Shown piece after piece: positions 56,848 to 63,303 of a stretch of DNA of 64,000 nt. The stretch spans positions 32,877 through 96,876 of the IMG/VR virus record IMGVR_UViG_3300047163_000032. One strand, given 5' to 3'. A model generated the notes under the pieces. It saw only the letters and a program-made list of their open reading frames with translations. It was not told the origin of the DNA and searched no databases. Position numbers and translations under genes: made by a program. The number at the start of each line of letters is the position of its first letter. Within the stretch, counting starts at the first letter, position 1. The stretch is from a virus. Lineage: Duplodnaviria > Heunggongvirae > Uroviricota > Caudoviricetes.

Positions 56848-57396
56848 ATGGACAGAAAGGCATACCTAAAAGAGTACGGAGTGAAATGGTACGCAGAGGT
56901 TGTCAAACCAAGGCGCGAAAAGTGGTTCGCCGAGAACGGCCCATGTAGAAAGTGTGGATCGTGGGATCGTCTAGAGTTGGATCATGTTGATCCGGCCACT
57001 AAAGTTCATCACGCGATCTGGAGTTGGAGCGAAAAAAGGCGCTCAGAAGAACTTAAAAAATGTCAGCCGCTTTGCCGTGTGTGCCATAAGAAAAAATCGG
57101 TGGCCTACTTCAAGGAATTTGACGTGAATGGATACAAAAGGATGGTTGGCCCAGCGGGAACCGGATGGTGTGCTAAATGCAAAACCTTTGTTGCGGTCGA
57201 TAAAATCAGTAAGAATAGAACAAACTGGAACGGCTTAGAGCACTACTGCAAGGCTTGCCGAAGTAAAAGGCGCTCTCCTAAGAAGTTTACGCGGTGTAGC
57301 TCAGGTGGCTTAGAGCGCGGGACTCATAACCCCGAGGTCGAGGATTCGAATGCCTCCACCGCGACCAAGTTTCTCTCGCTAAGGTTCCGACCATGA
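56848..57396 (+). CDS. HNH endonuclease; reading frame runs through downstream tRNA-Met with no stop until 57396
   Basis: ATG MDRKAYL in frame of track ORF 56806..57396; HNH motif LELDHVDPATK ... CQPLCRVCHKKK; the last ~35 codons are encoded by the tRNA gene itself. Confidence 0.6.
   Translation: MDRKAYLKEYGVKWYAEVVKPRREKWFAENGPCRKCGSWDRLELDHVDPATKVHHAIWSWSEKRRSEELKKCQPLCRVCHKKKSVAYFKEFDVNGYKRMVGPAGTGWCAKCKTFVAVDKISKNRTNWNGLEHYCKACRSKRRSPKKFTRCSSGGLERGTHNPEVEDSNASTATKFLSLRFRP
57290..57367 (+). tRNA. tRNA-Met (CAT), elongator-type (paired 1-72)
   Basis: Acceptor cgcggtg/caccgcg, D arm gctc-aggtggctta-gagc, anticodon loop ctcataa, T loop ttcgaat, A73 CCA. Confidence 0.7.
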
Positions 57397-57468
57397 CGAG
57401 CGCCTTGAACCTGAAAGGGATCCGCGAGGATGGCAGCAGCCGATGGAGAAGGGGGCGAGAGAATTCAA

Positions 57469-57561
57469 GCTCCCATAGTGTAACGGTTAGCACGGTGGCC
57501 TTATAGACCATTCGCACTAGATCAGTGCTCAGTCTCGGTTCGAATCCGAGTGGGAGTACCA
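57469..57561 (+). tRNA. tRNA with anticodon TAT (nominally Ile-AUA) but class II architecture (long variable hairpin), 93 nt, A73
   Basis: Acceptor gctccca/tgggagt, D arm gtgt-aacggtta-gcac, anticodon arm gtggc-cttatag-accat (4 bp + mismatch), variable hairpin gcact-agatc-agtgc, T arm ctcgg-ttcgaat-ccgag, CCA. Confidence 0.5.
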
Positions 57562-57574
57562 ATTTTTACGGACT

Positions 57575-57602
57575 GCGAGTTCGATTCTCGCCACGTCTAC
57601 CA
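57575..57602 (+). other. orphan tRNA 3' fragment (T arm gcgag-ttcgatt-ctcgc plus acceptor 3' strand cacgtct-a-cca) with no 5' half
   Basis: Only 13 nt separate it from the preceding tRNA, so no room for a 5' half. Confidence 0.4.
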
Positions 57603-57604
57603 AT

Positions 57605-57681
57605 GCAAGCGTCGTATAGCGGCTAATTATACTCGGTTCTTACCCGAGCTGACGGTGGTTCGAATCCACCCGCTTGCACCA
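57605..57681 (+). tRNA. tRNA-Lys (CTT)
   Basis: Perfect acceptor gcaagcg/cgcttgc, anticodon arm ctcgg-ttcttac-ccgag, T arm ggtgg-ttcgaat-ccacc, A73 CCA. Confidence 0.65.
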
Positions 57682-57704
57682 TAGTCTTAATGTAAAATAG
57701 AAGC

Positions 57705-58046
57705 ATGAAAGTTAAAGACAGGGCGGCATACAACGTCTACATGAGGCAGTACATGGCTGATCGCTTCAAGCGTCGCAAGGCTGAGTCGATAGCCGCGCTG
57801 GGCGGCAAGTGCAGCAAGTGCGGCTCAGTAGACGGTCTTCAATTCGATCACAAGGATCGTAGCGCGAAGACGTTTGAAATATCAAAGATATGGATGCACA
57901 GCAAGGAGAAGCTGACAGAAGAGTTAGCCAAGTGCCAACTGCTTTGCGGAGAGTGCCACTACGCCAAGACGTGCGAGGATCTTGGCTGGACGCCGCGGCC
58001 GAAGAGCGAGAGACGAAATTGGAAAAAAGTTAAAACGGGAGCGTAA
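57705..58046 (+). CDS. HNH endonuclease
   Basis: LQFDHKDRSAK ... CQLLCGECH; 3' end overlaps tRNA-Lys(TTT) by 10 nt. Confidence 0.7.
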   Translation: MKVKDRAAYNVYMRQYMADRFKRRKAESIAALGGKCSKCGSVDGLQFDHKDRSAKTFEISKIWMHSKEKLTEELAKCQLLCGECHYAKTCEDLGWTPRPKSERRNWKKVKTGA

Positions 58047-58112
58047 CTAAAGTGGCTAAGGACGCGCCTTTTAAGCGCGGGATTGGGGCTTCGAGTGCCT
58101 CCGCTCCCACCA
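58037..58112 (+). tRNA. tRNA-Lys (TTT)
   Basis: Acceptor gggagcg/cgctccc, anticodon arm cgcgc-cttttaa-gcgcg (perfect), T arm ggggc-ttcgagt-gcctc, weak D stem, A73 CCA. Confidence 0.6.
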
Positions 58113-58121
58113 CTTCAAATT

Positions 58122-58200
58122 GCAGCTATCGTCCAATGGGATAGGGCACCGACCTTCTAAGTCGAGGACAGGGGTTCGAATCCTCCCGTATGCGGCACCA
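58122..58200 (+). tRNA. tRNA-Arg (TCT)-like with defective acceptor pairing; probable pseudogene
   Basis: D arm gtcc-aatgggata-gggc, anticodon arm ccgac-cttctaa-gtcga, T loop ttcgaat present, but 5' gcagcta does not pair with any 3' strand before CCA. Confidence 0.35.
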
Positions 58201-58201
58201 T

Positions 58202-58277
58202 CGGCTTCTAGTGAAACCGGATATCACGGTGCTCTCCTAAAGCGCAAGTCTCAGTTCGATTCTGGGGAAGCCGACCA
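58202..58277 (+). tRNA. tRNA-Arg (CCT)
   Basis: Perfect acceptor cggcttc/gaagccg, D arm gtga-aaccggata-tcac, anticodon arm gtgct-ctcctaa-agcgc, T arm ctcag-ttcgatt-ctggg, A73 CCA. Confidence 0.7.
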
Positions 58278-58285
58278 CTTCAAAC

Positions 58286-58363
58286 GTCTCCGTGGCGCAG
58301 TTGGATTAGCGCACCTGATTCCGAATCAGGAGGTCATCAGTTCGAGTCTGATCGGGGACACCA
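58286..58363 (+). tRNA. tRNA-Arg (CCG)
   Basis: Acceptor gtctccg/cggggac, D arm gcgc-agttggatta-gcgc, anticodon arm cctga-ttccgaa-tcagg, T arm atcag-ttcgagt-ctgat, A73 CCA. Confidence 0.75.
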
Positions 58364-58366
58364 TAC

Positions 58367-58441
58367 GGGAGAGTAGATCAACGGAAGATCGGGTGTCTTA
58401 CAAGCACTTCGTTGTGGGTTCGACTCCTACCTCTCCCACCA
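58367..58441 (+). tRNA. tRNA-Val (TAC)
   Basis: Perfect acceptor gggagag/ctctccc, D arm gatc-aacggaa-gatc, anticodon loop cttacaa, T arm gtggg-ttcgact-cctac, A73 CCA. Confidence 0.7.
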
Positions 58442-58442
58442 T

Positions 58443-58517
58443 GTACCTGTCATCTAGTGGCTAGGATCGCCGCCCGATTAGCGGCAGACGAAGGTTCGAC
58501 TCCTTCCGGGTACACCA
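58443..58517 (+). tRNA. tRNA-Ile (GAT), unusual C33 and U37 in anticodon loop
   Basis: Acceptor gtacctg/cgggtac, D arm atct-agtggcta-ggat, anticodon arm gccgc-ccgatta-gcggc, T arm gaagg-ttcgact-ccttc, A73 CCA. Confidence 0.6.
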
Positions 58518-58525
58518 CTTTTAAC

Positions 58526-58599
58526 GCGGGCGTAGTGTAGTGGCAACACGCTGTCCTTCCAAGTCAGAATCGTCGGATCATGTCCGACCGCCCGCTCCA
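58526..58599 (+). tRNA. tRNA-Gly (TCC)
   Basis: Perfect acceptor gcgggcg/cgcccgc, D arm gtgt-agtggca-acac, anticodon loop cttccaa, T arm gtcgg-atcatgt-ccgac, U73 CCA; backbone closely resembles tRNA-Gly(GCC) at 54981. Confidence 0.65.
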
Positions 58600-58665
58600 T
58601 GTTCAAAATTGCTCAGTAACCGGTAAATCCAAAGGCGCATCCTAGAAGCCGTGAGGTGAAAACCG

Positions 58666-58842
58666 ATGCTGATTATCATTTTGATATTGCTTCTTTTGTT
58701 CGGTTTGGGCGGTGGAGCATGGGGCTACAATCGCTGGGGAACGGGTGGCGGGATGGGCATCGTTGGGTTGGTAATCCTCATCATCGTTCTGGTCTACCTG
58801 TTCGGTGGTATGTCCACGGCGGTTGGTTACCACAGATTTTAG
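58666..58842 (+). CDS. small hydrophobic membrane protein (58 aa, two TM segments)
   Basis: MLIIILILLLLFGLGGGAWGY...GIVGLVILIIVLVYLFGG; not in ORF track (under length cutoff). Confidence 0.35.
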   Translation: MLIIILILLLLFGLGGGAWGYNRWGTGGGMGIVGLVILIIVLVYLFGGMSTAVGYHRF

Positions 58843-58907
58843 GTGACCGAAAACCGCCAGCAGTATATACTTGGATCACAATTTCAGTTCTACCCGAGGA
58901 AACGACA

Positions 58908-59345
58908 ATGAGTGAAGAGACAGGGACAGACGTATCAGGAACGAGCACGGTCACGGTTGAGACTCCGACCGGAACGACAACCTCATCGACAACGACAGAC
59001 GAAGCAACGAAGATCGCAAACGAAGCGCAGGCGGCAGAATCGGCGGCGGTGAATGAGGCCGGAACGGTTTTGAATGCAACAGATCGGGCGGCGCTGGCGG
59101 TTGAGGCTGAGGCTCCAATCGTTGCGGCCAAGGTCGAGTCGTTGGCGAATACTGTGGACACCGAGGTCAAGAAGGCGGAAGAGAGCTTGAATACGATCAA
59201 GCAGAGTTCGGCGGCGACCACGGTGGGCACGTTCATCCACACGCATATCGTCCAGTTGGAGACGATCATCGCGAACCTGAAGGTGGCGCTGTTGTCACAC
59301 GTCAAGAGCAATCCGGTCACGCCGACCGTCCCACCCAAGAGCTAA
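58908..59345 (+). CDS. hypothetical Thr/Ala-rich protein
   Basis: ATG after GAGGAAACGACA; C-terminal part of track ORF 58656..59345. Confidence 0.4.
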   Translation: MSEETGTDVSGTSTVTVETPTGTTTSSTTTDEATKIANEAQAAESAAVNEAGTVLNATDRAALAVEAEAPIVAAKVESLANTVDTEVKKAEESLNTIKQSSAATTVGTFIHTHIVQLETIIANLKVALLSHVKSNPVTPTVPPKS

Positions 59346-59508
59346 CCCCTTTCCCAGATCGGCGACGAGGGCGGCTCTTTCGAGTCGCCCTTACTGTTTT
59401 GCAAAGATTTTGGAGAAATATTTAAGAAAGATATTGCAAACGGAGTCGCGTGGTAGTAGGATAGATTTCGTTGAAGAGATTGAAAGATCGCCTGATACTG
59501 ATTTGCAT

Positions 59509-59572
59509 ACACGAATAGCTCACTTGGTTAGAGCAATCGATTAATAATCGATAGGTTGTTGGTTCGATTCCA
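59509..59572 (+). ncRNA. tRNA-like element (canonical D arm gctc-acttggtta-gagc and T arm gttgg-ttcgatt-ccaac, anticodon-position loop ttaataa = AAT) with mismatched acceptor and no CCA; pseudo-tRNA or tRNA mimic
   Basis: Manual fold; acceptor acacgaa/ttcgaga has two mismatches. Confidence 0.3.
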
Positions 59573-59700
59573 ACTTCGAGAATACAAGCACATCGACTTT
59601 CAGGCGTATAACATTAAGCGGTACTGGCAAGGCTACATGTCTCCTTTTTCAATAAGGCGTGACAGCCAAAACCTCGCCGACTTCCGCTTGTATAAGATGT

Positions 59701-59813
59701 GGAGGGCTTGAAAAAGCTCTACACGCGACTTTCGGGCTGAACCGACACGGCGCGTAGATACATGGCAGATAGCCGCAAGGCTTGAGTGTGTTCGAATCAC
59801 ACGCCCTCCACCA
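59701..59813 (+). ncRNA. elongated tRNA-like element: 5' GGAGGGC and 3' GCCCTCC-A-CCA form a perfect acceptor stem with canonical T arm gtgtg-ttcgaat-cacac, but about 70 nt lie between; no standard D or anticodon arms
   Basis: Seen directly; internal direct repeat AGGCTTGA. Confidence 0.35.
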
Positions 59814-59999
59814 TAAGTTTAGGTGTCACTGAAATCGGATTACATGCCCGGTGCCAATTATGCACTAGTTTGACATCCCTGCGCGGTAGGGGGAACCGGG
59901 GTACTACCGCATACTCTTAGGAGTAGACCGAGCCAAGCGGTTGCGCCAATTCCGGATTCGACTTACACCTGATTAAGTTTGAGTGGCACTGAACAGCCT

Positions 60000-60132
60000 A
60001 CATGTCTAGGGGACACGAGTTGTTGGTTCGAATCCAGCATCCCCCACCAAGAAAACTAGACGGGGGATTAGCCTAATCGGTAAAGGCGCGTCAATAAAGC
60101 TGATCGACTTCCACTCAATTAGTTCTAGACCA
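60000..60132 (+). ncRNA. candidate Y RNA (YrlA-like): circularly permuted tRNA mimic immediately upstream of the Ro60-like gene
   Basis: Order T arm (gttgg-ttcgaat-ccagc) then acceptor 3' strand ATCCCCC then 16-nt loop then acceptor 5' strand GGGGGAT then canonical D arm (gcct-aatcggtaa-aggc); flanking GTCTAG / CTAGAC can form the terminal stem. Confidence 0.5.
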
Positions 60133-60328
60133 TAGAGGAATTGATATTTCCGGCTTAGCCCTGAAAGGGGTGATCTTCACGCGATGTAGCCGGGATGTCA
60201 GGTATCGGGCTCAGCTAATGACTGGAACGAGGCTTGACTCCGCTGTTTGCAGGGGGTGCGTTTGGGGTTCGTCGCACAGCGCAAGCCTCGCCATGATATC
60301 TGGCGACGTTTAGACCAAAGGAGGAAAT

Positions 60329-61801
60329 ATGGAAACTGGACTTTCGCGCAACCGTGTAATTTCTGAGCTATCGAAAAGTCCGCACGGCACTCTTTCCGAC
60401 TACATCCCGATTGGCAAGAAGGCGGTCGAGTCCGACCCTCAGTTCTTCGCGCACCTTACGGCTTGGAACGCTCAGAAGGGTCAAGTTCGTGACGCGAAGG
60501 TTGCACTGCCTGTCATCAACCTGATGGTTGGCGGTCTGGACGAGGAGTTCACCGACAACGCGCTGGCCCACCTTGCGATGCTAGGGCCACGTGAGCTACT
60601 TCGGGCGTTTCGGTTCGCAAAAGAGGCCAAACTTCAGGGCAACATGATGAAGTTGCGCCGGTTGATGGCGAGCTATCTTCGCGAGAAGGAACAGGATCGC
60701 GGCTGGGATCATTTGGCGGTGCAGCATCGGAAGACGCTCAAGGAAATGTACGGTCTCCTTCACGTCAAGCCGTCGAAACACGCGGATAACGTGTTGTTCA
60801 AGAGCCAGTACGCCAAGGGTTCGATCTTCGAGGCGGTGGCGAACCTGAAGAGCATGTCACCGGCTGAGGCAGCTTCGGAGATCACCACGCGCAAGATTCC
60901 GTTCCTGATCGCTTTTTGCGCTTTGGGCGAGAAGGCAAAGGAGCCGGACTTGGTGCTGGCGCTCATCAACCGGATGTCTCCGACCGAGTTGGTCACGAAC
61001 GCGAAGATGCTGGAGAAGTTGGGGATGAATACCAACCCGGCGCTGCGTGGAGCGTATGCCAACGGTTTGGAGAGGGTGGCGAAGTCGGGAGCGAACGTGC
61101 TCAAGACCAGCCGCGCTGCTGAGAACGTGAAGGACGAAGGGCTGCGCGAGAAGATTCGTGGGGCTCAGGACAAGCAGGTTGCCAGCATGGGGCCGGAAGG
61201 AGACTGGTTAGTTTTGGCCGACAAGAGCGGTTCCATGAGTGCGGCTATCGAGGTTGCACGGCATGTCGCCGGTACTCTTGCGGGCGTTTCGAAAGGCAAG
61301 GTGTACCTCACGTTCTTTGACGACCAGCCGCATACCGTGGATGTCACCGGCTTGCCGCTCGATGTAATCCAAAAGGCGACGAAGCATATTCGGGCCGATG
61401 GGGGAACGTCGATTGGTGTTGGCTTGAATCGGTTGTTGACAGAAAGGGTGGAGGTGGACGGAATCGTCATTGTTTCAGACGCAGCCGAAAATACGCCACC
61501 GTTCTTTGCGGATGTCTACAATCGGTATGTGGAGCAGTTCTCAAAGGACGTTCCGGTTTACCTTTATCGCGTTGGTGGAACTCGTGTCTCGTATTCAGAC
61601 CGAGACCTTGAAGTGTCCATGAAGTCCGGTGGTCACGAGATGCAGGTCTTCCATCTGGGCAGCACGGTAGATTACTACTCGTTGCCAAACACGATCCAAA
61701 CGCTCAGGGCATCGAGATACAGCCTTGTGGATGAAATCCTCGCCACGCCGCTGGTCGCGTTGAAGGATGTTTTGAAGCACGCCGATCTAGTGGCGGCGTA
61801 G
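60329..61801 (+). CDS. Ro60-like protein (TROVE-type N-terminal region plus C-terminal von Willebrand A domain)
   Basis: 490 aa; vWA MIDAS motif LVLADKSGSMS with downstream GGTSIG and VSDAAENT segments; size and architecture match bacterial/phage Rsr. Confidence 0.6.
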   Translation: METGLSRNRVISELSKSPHGTLSDYIPIGKKAVESDPQFFAHLTAWNAQKGQVRDAKVALPVINLMVGGLDEEFTDNALAHLAMLGPRELLRAFRFAKEAKLQGNMMKLRRLMASYLREKEQDRGWDHLAVQHRKTLKEMYGLLHVKPSKHADNVLFKSQYAKGSIFEAVANLKSMSPAEAASEITTRKIPFLIAFCALGEKAKEPDLVLALINRMSPTELVTNAKMLEKLGMNTNPALRGAYANGLERVAKSGANVLKTSRAAENVKDEGLREKIRGAQDKQVASMGPEGDWLVLADKSGSMSAAIEVARHVAGTLAGVSKGKVYLTFFDDQPHTVDVTGLPLDVIQKATKHIRADGGTSIGVGLNRLLTERVEVDGIVIVSDAAENTPPFFADVYNRYVEQFSKDVPVYLYRVGGTRVSYSDRDLEVSMKSGGHEMQVFHLGSTVDYYSLPNTIQTLRASRYSLVDEILATPLVALKDVLKHADLVAA

Positions 61802-61815
61802 AAAGAGGTTGTGCT

Positions 61816-62175
61816 ATGACGAAGACGGTAGTGCGGGCAGTGCCCAGAAGGGAGGTAAATATGTTGTCACAGTTCAAGGCATTTCAGGCCGACTCAAGCA
61901 GATTCGATCTGGATGAGTTGGTTGCACATGCGGCATTCGGCAAGCAGTTGAGGGCCGAATATGAAGCGCTTGCTCTTGAGGTTCCTGAGTTTGTGGACAC
62001 GCAGAACCGGGCAATCCGGCGCGAGATCACAGCTAGAACCGAAGAGAAGAAGGCGGCGCGTATCAAGGAAGTGAAGTTGCGGTTGGATTCGCTCAGAACA
62101 CCGGCAGAACGTCGTGCGGAGTTGGAAGCGGAGTTGAAGCGGTTGGCACCGGAAGAGCAGTTGGTCGGCGCATAA
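61816..62175 (+). CDS. hypothetical charged alpha-helical protein
   Basis: ORF track. Confidence 0.35.
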   Translation: MTKTVVRAVPRREVNMLSQFKAFQADSSRFDLDELVAHAAFGKQLRAEYEALALEVPEFVDTQNRAIRREITARTEEKKAARIKEVKLRLDSLRTPAERRAELEAELKRLAPEEQLVGA

Positions 62176-62202
62176 CTCTTCGAAGGCCCAAGAAGTAAGA
62201 CA

Positions 62203-62236
62203 AGCCCACAGCTTAGGTTGTGGGCTTTGTTGTTTT
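62203..62236. terminator. bidirectional rho-independent terminator between convergent genes
   Basis: agcccaca-gcttaggt-tgtgggct followed by ttgttgtttt. Confidence 0.6.
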
Positions 62237-62884
62237 CAGTATGTCGGCGACCTCTTTAGCGAGGCCGGACCGCGACAGGAATTCCTTGAGGGACTTGGTT
62301 CGTTCCGGCTCCTGGAGTTTCACGATCTTCCGCAGGAGACGCTCCATCTCGTTGTCTTTGGCGACTTCCGACTTGGACATTTTCTGGGATTGCTCGGATT
62401 CGTGCTGAGAGAGAAACCACTTCACCATTTGTCCGGTACGCGCTCTGCGATCCCTGCGCTCGGATTTCTCTCTCTTCCAGAGCAGGTCTCTTACCTGTTG
62501 CGCTGTGAAGAGTGACAGGTTGCCCACTCGGGTTGGGCGCAGTTTTCGCTTGTAGATCATTTGGCGTATGTTGTCCTGCCCGGTTTGCGTGATGGCTGCA
62601 ACTTCGGCGGTGGACAGCAGGGGGACGGTGGTGACATCAATCGAGTAGTTGCGGGAAAGAATCAGCGCTTGCACTTCAAGGGCGCGTGCGTACTTGGGTG
62701 TGGGATCAAGATATATCCAGCCGTCCTTGTAAGCTCCAGCCGGGCCGGAATGGTGGATGCCCACCAGTTTTCCCGATTTGATAAGTTTCAACACCTGTTT
62801 TTCGGTCAGGTTCAACCGCTGGCAGATTTGAGTAAAGGTGAGCCAGTGCTGTGCTACTTCTTGAGAGCTTTGCTTAGGGGCCAT
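62213..62884 (-). CDS. DNA-binding regulator with two HTH segments (AlpA/Xis-type HTH_17-like)
   Basis: LTEKQVLKLIKSGKL and STAEVAAITQTGQDNIRQMIYKRKLRPTRVGNLSLFTAQQVRDL; basic C-terminus. Confidence 0.5.
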   Translation of the reverse strand: MAPKQSSQEVAQHWLTFTQICQRLNLTEKQVLKLIKSGKLVGIHHSGPAGAYKDGWIYLDPTPKYARALEVQALILSRNYSIDVTTVPLLSTAEVAAITQTGQDNIRQMIYKRKLRPTRVGNLSLFTAQQVRDLLWKREKSERRDRRARTGQMVKWFLSQHESEQSQKMSKSEVAKDNEMERLLRKIVKLQEPERTKSLKEFLSRSGLAKEVADILKTTKPTT

Positions 62885-63144
62885 TTGTAGGTGTTGATCC
62901 TGCCGTATAAGGTGCTTTTGGAGATGCCGATCTGCTTTGCCCAGTCAGCGATCGATTGGGTTTTGTTCTTGTAGGTAATCATTTTAGTAGTCGGTCGTCT
63001 GCCGGAGTAGACCTTGCGTGGATGAGACTTGGCGGCGATGGCGGAGAAGTAGGAGGAATCGCGCTTGTCTTTGTTCTTGTCCCAAGAGGACCGCCCAAGA
63101 TTGGAAAAGTATTCAGGAGTTCGGGATGTTGTTTTTGTAGCCAT
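62854..63144 (-). CDS. small HTH DNA-binding protein (excisionase/regulator-like)
   Basis: SIADWAKQIGISKSTLYGRINTYKW segment; overlaps upstream gene start. Confidence 0.4.
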   Translation of the reverse strand: MATKTTSRTPEYFSNLGRSSWDKNKDKRDSSYFSAIAAKSHPRKVYSGRRPTTKMITYKNKTQSIADWAKQIGISKSTLYGRINTYKWPLSKALKK

Positions 63145-63225
63145 AGGTAGAGTTTAGACAGAAGCGCGAAAAGACCGCAACCGTAATAAAGTACGGACGG
63201 TCTAAAAAATAATTGTGCCAACGTA

Positions 63226-63255
63226 TTGACAAGGTGGCACCAACAAGACTATTGT
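63226..63255 (+). promoter_or_regulatory. candidate promoter TTGACA-18-TATTGT in divergent intergenic region; nearby inverted repeats CCGTA-n6-TACGG and TTTAGAC...GTCTAAA
   Basis: Seen directly; GGAGG RBS precedes ATG at 63304. Confidence 0.4.
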
Positions 63256-63303
63256 TTGAATTACCGGACATTAGACCAACCGGGATGGAGGAAAGATTAG
63301 AAC

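Noticed and set aside
58120-58464. 114-aa ORF from the track (MQLSSNG...)
   Set aside because: It lies entirely across four or five densely packed tRNA genes; the open frame is a by-product of tRNA sequence, not a gene.
59867-59900. TTGACA hexamer as promoter for the Y-RNA-like element
   Set aside because: No acceptable -10 hexamer at 16-18 nt spacing (downstream is GC-rich tagggggaaccgg); left unannotated.
60000-60132. Phage attachment site (attP/attL) explanation for the out-of-order tRNA halves
   Set aside because: Site-specific integration into a tRNA gives 5' half then 3' half or an isolated 3' half, not 3' half followed by its own complementary 5' half within 25 nt. No integrase gene is present. 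The permuted order with a closing loop fits a Y-RNA-type tRNA mimic better.
62213-63144. Integrase or excisionase pair marking a prophage end
   Set aside because: Both proteins are short HTH-only proteins with no tyrosine or serine recombinase catalytic region, so they are called regulators. No recombinase is present in the window.
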